Shown here: in pieces, positions 49,455 to 56,044 of the stretch
How positions within the stretch are numbered: position 1 is the first letter of the stretch
Layout: each line of letters starts with the position of its first letter
Origin: a virus
Reading direction: 5' to 3' (one strand)
IMG/VR virus record: IMGVR_UViG_3300021399_000004
Coordinates: 1-64,000 of that record
Length of the DNA stretch: 64,000 bases
The notes under the pieces: generated by a model
Told to the model about the DNA's origin: nothing
The model's database searches: none
The model's input: the letters and a program-made list of their open reading frames with translations, nothing else
Made by a program: the position numbers and the translations under genes

Positions 49455-49551
49455 AATATCACCTTTAAAATAAAATGGTGTGGCTTCACGTCACCACAAC
49501 GACATATGGGTTCTTGCGCGGGCTAACCTCTTTTGTTCTAAAAGCCACTAG

Positions 49552-49626
49552 TACCCTCGGTGGGAGTTGAACCCACAGAAAACCACATTTTGAGTGTGGC
49601 GCATATGCCAATTCTGCTACGAGGGC
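49552..49626 (-). tRNA. tRNA with anticodon CAA (Leu codon UUG) but class-I architecture
   Basis: Anticodon stem CCACA/UGUGG with loop CUCAAAA, T arm GUGGG-UUCAACU-CCCAC, only a 6-nt variable region, discriminator A. Confidence 0.6.
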
Positions 49627-49634
49627 ATAAATAG

Positions 49635-50036
49635 TGCGGGTAGCCGGACTTGAACCGGCACGCCTTACGGCAACAGATTTTCTTACTACTCCATATTACT
49701 ATGGCCGCTTTCGCGTTGTAGTCTGGACTATGTTTTCACCTTATCTTACGACTTAGGTGGCTGGTATATAGTCTCTACACATTTATAATAATAGCTTCCC
49801 GCCGCCAGTTCTTCGACTCTTATCGGCGTTTCTGTCGGGCGCGACCCGCATCCCTGTTTTGCATCTTATTCAGGTTTCTCCTGAACCGACCTTCATCGGT
49901 GCTATTATTAATTTAGCTCGGCGTTATCCCATAAGGATTTTCACCGAATTAGCCAGCATTCACTCAGAAAGTTTCCTATTCTGGTGCTCTTTGTTTTACA
50001 AAAGTCTGTGGTGTCTGCCTATTCCACCATACCCGC
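49635..50036 (-). tRNA. tRNA-Leu(UAA) interrupted by a group I intron (exons 50002-50036 and 49635-49681)
   Basis: 5' exon GCGGGUAUGGUGGAAUAGGCAGACACCACAGACUU and 3' exon AAAAUCUGU...GCCGGUUCAAGUCCGGCUACCCGCA join to give anticodon loop CUUAAAA. Class-II variable arm and discriminator A. Confidence 0.85.
49682..50001 (-). ncRNA. group I intron (tRNA-Leu UAA type, about 320 nt, no ORF)
   Basis: Inserted after U34. P1 can form CUU^UU/AAGAG with a U-G pair at the splice site. The intron ends in G. The core strings GUGUAGAGACUA, CCACCUAAG and AUAGUCC match the conserved J6/7-P7-P3 region remembered from Azoarcus and Anabaena tRNA introns. Confidence 0.85.
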
Positions 50037-50195
50037 AAATTACACGGTGACGCTCACAATTTACCGTAATTTCCCTTATAAGGCCCTGAGGTGGACCCTG
50101 GCGTCTTGTTCTGGCCGTCATCAAGCTCTTCGGCCTGCTTACGACGACTCCACGATGAAGAAAAAACTACCACTCAATCGCTTCCTTTCTTATAC

Positions 50196-50224
50196 ATTAT
50201 ATCAAAATTCTTCTTCATTGTCAA
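50196..50224 (-). promoter_or_regulatory. promoter TTGACA-N17-TATAAT driving a ~140-nt leader and intron-containing tRNA-Leu
   Basis: attata at 50196-50201, tgtcaa at 50219-50224. Confidence 0.7.
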
Positions 50225-50351
50225 GATTATCCATGAATAAATTTTCATAATAATCTTCAATTTTAATACCTTGCAAAGTTGAAGGAATTCCTTCAATTAA
50301 CGGATCAATTTCTGGTAGTTCGTCAAAATTTACATAGTATTCATCTCGCAT
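50202..50351 (-). CDS. small acidic hypothetical protein (start trimmed)
   Basis: Track ORF 50202..50387 begins inside tRNA-Ile. The second ATG at 50351 lies 5 nt after the tRNA, whose 3' GGGGAGGA can act as the SD. Confidence 0.35.
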   Translation of the reverse strand: MRDEYYVNFDELPEIDPLIEGIPSTLQGIKIEDYYENLFMDNLDNEEEF

Positions 50352-50355
50352 ACAA

Positions 50356-50428
50356 TCCTCCCCCTTGGAATTGAACCAAGGACACACGACTTATAAGGAC
50401 GCTGCTCTCACCGCTGAGCTAGAGGAGG
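50356..50428 (-). tRNA. tRNA-Ile(UAU)
   Basis: Acceptor CCUCCUC/GGGGAGG, D arm GCUC..GAGC, anticodon loop CUUAUAA on a stem with one mismatch, T arm CUUGG-UUCAAUU-CCAAG. Confidence 0.65.
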
Positions 50429-50429
50429 A

Positions 50430-50615
50430 TTAATCCTCCACATTTAAACTTTTGCTAATAGTATCTTCATGATACCCCAGTGCGAGTGAAAAGTACCGAA
50501 ACTTATCTACTAATTCCGAATATGTTAGACCTTCATCTCCTGTAGAAAACTTGTAATGAATTTCATCACCGTCACTGTTCGTATAAACAAATTCGTACTG
50601 TTCTTTGAAATCCAC
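50430..50615 (-). CDS. hypothetical protein
   Basis: 61-aa track ORF behind a consensus promoter. Confidence 0.4.
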   Translation of the reverse strand: MDFKEQYEFVYTNSDGDEIHYKFSTGDEGLTYSELVDKFRYFSLALGYHEDTISKSLNVED

Positions 50616-50639
50616 TCTTATCCCCTCGCTATCATATAT

Positions 50640-50668
50640 ATTATATCAAAATTTTTATTGCAAGTCAA
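50640..50668 (-). promoter_or_regulatory. promoter TTGACT-N17-TATAAT
   Basis: attata at 50640-50645, agtcaa at 50663-50668. Confidence 0.7.
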
Positions 50669-51117
50669 CTTCTTTGCCATTCAAAAATTTCATAATTATG
50701 TTCTTGAAACCATCTATGGATTATTGTTCTTTCACTACATTTCTTTTCTGGTTTTTCGTAAACCATTAAAGCAAAATCTACACTATCTAACCCCTCTCCA
50801 GCAGCAATTTTATCCGACATATCTTGTAATTTATCAATAAAAGCATGAAAATTAATTTTACATAATTGCTTATAATATACTCTTAGAAATTGACAATCTT
50901 CTGGATGAGGAGGCTCACAGCATCCATTACATAAGTGATTACATGCTGGGCCAGGAATAAGTGGCGGAATATTCAAACCAATAATAACTCCACGGGCATC
51001 TTTCCCCTACGTTTCAGGCGTCCCAAAATACTTTGGCGGCCAGACCGCAGTTGATAATGGTACTAAATTTTTAGGGAAAAAGCGCACCTAATAGAAATAG
51101 GATGTATAAATCTTCAT
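50665..51117 (-). CDS. hypothetical protein (2 in-frame TAG)
   Basis: Track ORF 50665..50976 extends through two TAGs to the ATG at 51117 (MKIYTSYFY-TAG-VRFF...). Coupled by ATGA to the upstream ORF. Confidence 0.45.
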
Positions 51118-51323
51118 TCCACTAAATCAACCTTCCATCCAAAATAGTTATTATATACAATTGTATTAGCTGTTCCACAGACAGGACAAGTTATATAATC
51201 TTCTTCTTGATTATATTGCATGCTTGTCTATACGTCGTCTTTAGTAAATTCTAGAATAGACCCGCAACGCTTACAAGACATTCGTCCAACGCTAGGACGA
51301 TAGGCGCGTTCAATAACTCTCAT
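51114..51323 (-). CDS. hypothetical zinc-ribbon protein (1 in-frame TAG)
   Basis: 69-aa ORF with CKRCGS...CPVCG, open only if TAG is sense. Confidence 0.4.
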
Positions 51324-51341
51324 TTATATCTCTCCTTTTAA

Positions 51342-51428
51342 CGACACTAGCACGGCTCGAACGTGCATACCCTGTTACAAGTAACCGCAGATTAGCAATC
51401 TGGTGCGTTACCATTCCGCCATAGTGTC
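51342..51428 (-). tRNA. tRNA-Ser(GCU)
   Basis: Acceptor GACACUA/UAGUGUC, anticodon loop UUGCUAA, long variable arm with GUUAC/GUAAC stem, T arm GCACG-UUCGAGC-CGUGC, discriminator G. Confidence 0.8.
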
Positions 51429-51436
51429 ATTTTAGA

Positions 51437-51576
51437 TGTGCTATTACGCCAAATTTCTTATCTATTGCCCACCGCACATCATACTTATAGGACATATAAT
51501 TGTAAGCCTATAATACATTTTGCACGAATGGAGAAAAGAAAACTCCTTAGCTGATGGCTGCTTCTAAGCCTACAGT
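51437..51576 (-). ncRNA. repeated structured RNA element X, copy 2
   Basis: Homologous to 48165-48313. Lies between the degenerate Ser-like tRNA and tRNA-Ser(GCU). Confidence 0.4.
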
Positions 51577-51587
51577 TCTAAAATAAG

Positions 51588-51672
51588 CGACAGTACCAAG
51601 ACTCGAACTTGGGCACCCGTTAAGATGGCTACGGATTAGCAATCAGGTGCGTTACCATTCCGCCATAGTGTC
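51588..51672 (-). tRNA. degenerate tRNA-Ser(GCU)-like paralog
   Basis: The first ~40 nt are identical to tRNA-Ser 51342-51428 except for one base. The 3' half is different: the anticodon stem keeps only 3 pairs, the acceptor has a C-C mismatch, and the T arm CCAAG-UUCGAGU-CUUGG is intact. Confidence 0.4.
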
Positions 51673-51678
51673 AAAAAA

Positions 51679-51753
51679 ATCGAAGATGTGCGATTTGAAC
51701 GCCAACTAGTCGTCCCAAGCGACTCGTGTTACCAGATTACACTACATCCTCGA
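51679..51753 (-). tRNA. tRNA-Pro(UGG)
   Basis: Anticodon stem AGUCG/CGACU with loop CUUGGGA, acceptor UCGAGGA/UCUUCGA. The T stem is weak (3 pairs). Confidence 0.6.
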
Positions 51754-51768
51754 TATTTTTAAAATAAA

Positions 51769-51853
51769 CAGCCCGCTTGGGAGTCGAACCCAATCTGTCG
51801 CTTCAGAGGCTGTGGTTTTAGAGACCACCCGTGCAGCCGCACACCTACGGGCT
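51769..51853 (-). tRNA. suppressor tRNA, anticodon CUA (reads UAG), class-II architecture
   Basis: Acceptor AGCCCGU/GCGGGCU, anticodon stem GUGGU/ACCAC with loop CUCUAAA, an 18-nt variable region containing a UCUG/CAGA stem, T arm UUGGG-UUCGACU-CCCAA, discriminator G. D region is GCGGCUGCACGG. Confidence 0.8.
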
Positions 51854-51886
51854 ATATAAGTGAGGTTTCCCTCACTTTCTATAATA

Positions 51887-51915
51887 ATTATACCAAAATT
51901 TTAATTAAATGTCAA
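51887..51915 (-). promoter_or_regulatory. promoter TTGACA-N17-TATAAT directly upstream of suppressor tRNA(CUA)
   Basis: attata at 51887-51892, tgtcaa at 51910-51915. The leader hairpin AGUGAGGGAAACCUCACU (51858-51877) precedes the tRNA. Confidence 0.7.
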
Positions 51916-52354
51916 ATGTATCACTTGCTAAAACAATCATATAATAACTATTTGGTTCAACATACTCAGTATTTACTAGAATACTTCCATCTTCATTTAA
52001 AGTACCATTACATACCTCAATAGTAATTAAATCCATAGAACAAAATACAAACTTAATAATTTGATCTTCCTTATATTCGCAAGGGAAACTCCAAGTCATT
52101 GTTGGATAAATATCATCTACTTCAACTGTTATGATTTCATAAATACCGTAATAGTCATCTTCAAATAGCTTATTAAAATCAACGACTTCACTTACAGTAT
52201 TATAAATATCTTCCCATTCTTCATCCAACTCAACTACATGAAAAGGCAAATCAGGCTAACACCAATATAAATCTTCAAGAGAAGGACTATCCGCCGCAAA
52301 ACAAGTCGTTATAATCATCATTAATAGCAACCAAATACTTAAAAATCTCTTCAT
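51905..52354 (-). CDS. secreted hypothetical protein (1 in-frame TAG)
   Basis: Track ORF 51905..52249 extends through one TAG to the ATG at 52354, adding the signal peptide MKRFLSIWLLLMMIITTCFA. Confidence 0.45.
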
Positions 52355-52383
52355 AATTATCATCTTCCTTTTTATTTTTTAAA

Positions 52384-52456
52384 AGCCGCCCATGAGACTT
52401 GAACTCATAACCTATTGCTTACAAGGCAATTGCTCTGCCGATTGAGCTAGAGCGGC
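52384..52456 (-). tRNA. tRNA-Thr(UGU)
   Basis: Acceptor GCCGCUC/GGGCGGC, D arm GCUC..GAGC, anticodon stem AUUGC/GCAAU with loop CUUGUAA, T arm AUGAG-UUCAAGU-CUCAU. Confidence 0.9.
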
Positions 52457-53066
52457 GAAAGAGGATACTCTACTTAACAATTATAGTGACCTTCGTCATA
52501 CTTGCAGCATTCTTCAATTATATTCAACCACTACAGAATTAAAGGCTGAGCCATGAGTAGCGACCTCATAACTTCTTTAATCCGCTTTCGCCTAGTGTAG
52601 GAGGGGTTGTTTACCCTCAAGTTTCAGCCAAACCATTCAGCAAATACGATAAAAAAGCTTACCCCGCTTTTGTTTATCATGCTAAATTTCTGTCTTGGCC
52701 TACTCCAACTTTAAACCTTTCTTATATGCCATTTCTGGCTTTCATCGACAGTAACCGCTTGTTGGTCTTTCCTGAGTTTGTACTGGCTACCACCCCAATA
52801 CCTTATCAGGATTCGGCATTATCTATTCAATACTGCTGTCTATTATGCGGCCGAAAGGAATAATGTTTTTAATTGCGAATACTCAAGCGCCTATCCTTAA
52901 TCTTTGGAGTTTCTCCTTTATCGCTAATCATTGCTGATTTCGCGGCTAGATAATAAAAGTATCCTTCTATCATTGCTAGCGATTGTCCGGATAGCCCAAG
53001 CTACGTGGTTAGCGTATCTGCACTTGGTTCTAAAATTGCTAAGTAGAATATCCTCCCTCTCAGTAT
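52457..53066 (-). ncRNA. large structured RNA 1 (~610 nt; ROOL-like candidate by size and context only)
   Basis: Starts just downstream of consensus promoter 53073-53101 and ends at tRNA-Thr. No ORF on the transcribed strand. Visibly GC-richer. The ends pair over 19 bp (53037-53055 with 52472-52490), and the two differences between the arms are both G-U compatible. Confidence 0.55.
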
Positions 53067-53072
53067 AATACT

Positions 53073-53101
53073 ATTATACCAAATTTTTCTTTAAAAGTCA
53101 A
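53073..53101 (-). promoter_or_regulatory. promoter TTGACT-N17-TATAAT driving large RNA 1 and tRNA-Thr
   Basis: attata at 53073-53078, agtcaa at 53096-53101. Confidence 0.7.
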
Positions 53102-53113
53102 ATATTTGACTAG

Positions 53114-53186
53114 TGGACTGACGGGGAATCGAACCCCGACTCTCTGCTTGCAAGGCAGAAGTGCTAACCATTATCACTACCAGCCC
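53114..53186 (-). tRNA. tRNA-Ala(UGC)
   Basis: G3-U70 wobble in the acceptor, anticodon stem UCUGC/GCAGA with loop CUUGCAA, T arm GGGG-UUCGAUU-CCCC. Confidence 0.9.
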
Positions 53187-53386
53187 ATATTCACTTACTT
53201 TCGTTGTCTTTTTATTATAGTGTGCTGCTAAATGACTAAGCCACATATCTTTTAACTCCACTAAAGCACATTTGGTTTAGCATTTCCTTACTTGGTCTAC
53301 AGTTAAAAGCCGGTGGTAGTTTAGTGAGAATCCATCCTTACCGCACACTAGGCCTATTTTATTACACGCAGAGCGCCCATGCGTAC
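53187..53386 (-). ncRNA. structured RNA between the split tRNA and tRNA-Ala (unknown)
   Basis: Nested long-range helices UAGUGUGC/GCACACUA (53343-53350 with 53218-53225) and CUUUUAACU/AGUUAAAAG (53301-53309 with 53249-53257). No ORF. Confidence 0.4.
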
Positions 53387-53530
53387 TGGCGCTCCCCATA
53401 GGATTTGAACCTATAACCCTGCGGTTAGGGCAGAGGCGAGAATTGAACTCGCAACGTGGGCGTCCCTCACACGATTACCAAATCGTCTCTCTGCTACAGC
53501 CGCATGCTCTACCGATTGAGCTAGAGGAGC
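53387..53530 (-). tRNA. class-I tRNA (Asn GUU if joined at canonical positions) with a 68-nt insert in the anticodon loop; CCA encoded
   Basis: Perfect acceptor GCUCCUC/GGGGAGC, D arm GCUC-AAUCGGUA-GAGC, T arm AUAGG-UUCAAAU-CCUAU and anticodon stem UGCGG/CCGCA. The stem strands are 75 nt apart instead of 7. Confidence 0.6.
53428..53495 (-). ncRNA. tRNA-shaped insert within the anticodon loop of the 53387-53530 tRNA
   Basis: Acceptor-like AGCAGAG/CUCUGCC, D-like hairpin ACGAU-UUGGUA-AUCGU, short hairpin GUGAGGGACGCCCAC, canonical T arm GCGAG-UUCAAUU-CUCGC, then one discriminator-like C. Confidence 0.5.
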
Positions 53531-53569
53531 ATAGAATGGGGATTTTATTTTTCCCTCATTCACAATATA

Positions 53570-53598
53570 ATTATACATTATTTTTTACTTTAAGTCAG
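53570..53598 (-). promoter_or_regulatory. promoter CTGACT-N17-TATAAT driving the split tRNA
   Basis: attata at 53570-53575, agtcag at 53593-53598. The leader hairpin GAAUGAGGGAAAAAUAAAAUCCCCAUUC lies at 53534-53561. Confidence 0.6.
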
Positions 53599-53602
53599 AT
53601 TT

Positions 53603-55315
53603 TTAATAGTAGAAATAATATTGTTCTGGCAAATTTTTATTGTCATTTAATTCTCGTACAAAGCGTTTAATATTTGGTCTTGGAATGTATTGCGATAACT
53701 TTTTAATTCGTCTACTAAAGAATATTGATTGCTAATTTTCATTCTCTCGGCTATTTTCATCTGCATATTTCTTATAGCTTTGTAGATAAAATCGTCTTAT
53801 ATCTTTCCAATATTGCTCTAAAAATTCAGGATGGTTTTTAACACAACGAAGAAAGTAATTATACAAATCAATTAAGAAAATATTCATTTTTTCTATTATA
53901 ATACTAGTGTCTACTTTTGCTTTTTCGCATAAGTTAATACAGTAAATACCATTATCTACAATGCCTGGCAAAGCTGTATATAAAAAATTTTTATTATCCT
54001 TATATGTTAATGAATTTTTATTTACTACAGTTTTATATATTGGCAAATCATAATGCCGAATATGATATGTCTATTCTACTCTATTGTAGTCATCAATAAT
54101 AGCATAGCAAGTCAAATTTATACCACAGTCTTCTGCCGCAAAAGAACCAACACCTTGATTATATGGTAAAATATTATAAACTTCTAAGAACTCTCTACGA
54201 TATACTTTACCGGGTGTAGATGGTTCATATGCACTTTGTACTATATTATCTGCGCCGTTAATCCAACTCCATTCATAAATGTCCATAACTCTATTATTGT
54301 CTAATTCATCTTTTACAGCTAGTAAACAATATTTAGATAAAATAATATCGCCGCAATCTACAAAAGTTAAATATGTACCGTGTGTATTTTGCATGCCGAT
54401 GCGTCTGGCATTGCCGGGCCCCTAATTCTTTTCTAATTTAATCAACTATATTAATGGAAACTATTTAATTATATTAGTATAATCAACTGATGAAGCGTCA
54501 TCAATTACTACAATATGTAACCACTCATATTCTGGATAATAAACAGATTTTAAAGTACGTATTAATCCTTTTTCATCATTATAACTAGGTATAATAATAT
54601 CTAAATCTATCTTATCCGATTGATTATATATTATTTTATTATTAGGGATAGACATATATTTATTAAAAATAGGATATTTCTACCATTCATGGTTCCCTGC
54701 AAAATGATTTATTTTTCTACTTTTTGCTTTCTAAAAATCAGTAGAATCATTCATATTATAGTCAGGTGGTAAATTTAAAATATAACCTTGACATAATTTA
54801 TTTAAAGCATTTTGCTCTGGAAAAATTTCATAATGATTATTAATATAATTAATTAGTTCATCATCTTTTTTATCATCTCGTAATTTTTTTAGATTCATTA
54901 ACATAACGCCGCAGTTAATATCTAAAAACATTTCAGTACAATTAGAAGGCTAAGACGAAGCGGCAATGTAATAATCACTAATATCTATATCCCATAATTC
55001 TGAAATATTTTCATTTACAATTGTATCAACATCTAATGACAAAACTTTATCTAAGTCCGGGAATATTTTTCCTAAAGCAACTCGTATTAAGGCCATATAA
55101 GTAAATTCACTTTTAAAATTAGGCCCATGCTTATCAAAATAAGTCTAATTACTTACATTTAATGTTTTTGTTTTTGGCGGTAATTCATATGGAAATACGT
55201 CATCTTCAATTAGAAAATAAATCTATTCAACATTTGAATGAATAAGTAATGATTTTGCTGCACCAATCATATATTTGTAAAGGTTTCTGGTGCCTGTATA
55301 TACCGCTGTCCTCAT
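53603..55315 (-). CDS. fused family-8 / family-2 glycosyltransferase (about 10 in-frame TAG)
   Basis: Four track fragments (53732..54046, 54071..54394, 54461..54655, 54731..54931) plus the N-terminus share one frame, and every junction is TAG. GT8 motifs LSLDVDTIV and NCGVMLMNLKKLR. GT2 motifs IIIPSYNDE, VVIDDASS and GPGNARRIG. If the TAG at 53732 terminates, the end is 53732. Confidence 0.55.
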
Positions 55316-56010
55316 AATATTTCCTCCCATTTCAAATTGATATAATATCGTACAATGGGTTCTACAAAGAAATAATCACGAATACCAGCATAATGATAAA
55401 TTTTTCTTTTATTAGGATTATAATTCATAAATAATGGATGAGAATTATATTCTGTTGGTAATTCTAGAATATGATTCTTATATACCTTATTAAGAGTATC
55501 CTATTCGGCGTACTCTTCTCTATAATGATTTAATCTAAAAATCATTTTTTCATCCATTTTATCTTCACGAATTTTTTTTAAATTACATAATAATACTCCG
55601 CCGTTTACATATAATCCATTTTTATTAAATTCTGGTGTATCTCTTACGCCAGCAATATAATAATTTGATATATCAATATCCCAAAGTTCATCTATATTTT
55701 CAGTAACAATTGTATCAATATCTAAAGATAGAATCTTATCTAACTCTGGGAATATTTTAGAATAGACAGAGCGGATAAGAACCATATAGCCACCCCATCC
55801 ATCATACCAATTCATGCAAGTTTCTTTCTTAAACCATTGCTAATTACTGATATTAATACACTATACTTTATCTGGTAGTTCATAAGGGAAAATATCATCT
55901 TCAATTAATAAAAATATCTAATCAATATGAGAGTTCATTAGTAATGATTTTATAGCAGGTATCATTTTATAATACACATTTCGTGTTCCACTATATGCCG
56001 CTACTTTCAT
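55312..56010 (-). CDS. family-8 glycosyltransferase (4 in-frame TAG)
   Basis: ATG at 56010 to TGA at 55312. Contains LSLDIDTIV (DxD) and NGGVLLCNLKKIRE. Confidence 0.6.
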
Positions 56011-56044
56011 ATTACACTTCCTTAAATAAAATTAAAGTTTATAA

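Noticed and set aside
49470-49545. 69-nt segment closed by GUGGCUU/AAGCCAC and followed by ACCA, resembling a tRNA with an encoded CCA end.
   Set aside because: The interior has no canonical T loop or anticodon hairpin. It may be a minihelix or terminator-like element, but I cannot support a tRNA call.
50352-50387. The 5' part of track ORF 50202..50387.
   Set aside because: It lies inside tRNA-Ile(UAU). The downstream ATG at 50351 with the tRNA-derived GGAGG is the plausible start.
51769-51853. Assigning TAG as Ser (or Leu or Tyr) on the basis of the class-II shape of tRNA(CUA).
   Set aside because: Not adopted as the primary call, because four independent conserved-motif positions align TAG with Gln. 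The conflict is kept as an open finding rather than resolved.
52457-53066. Group II intron or RNase P RNA identity for large RNA 1.
   Set aside because: There is no GUGYG start, and no convincing domain V: the GAGCC...hairpin at about 52548-52575 lacks the required 3' pairing. Only a loose GUCCGGAUAGCC resemblance to the RNase P CR-I region is present, and that is on the non-transcribed strand.
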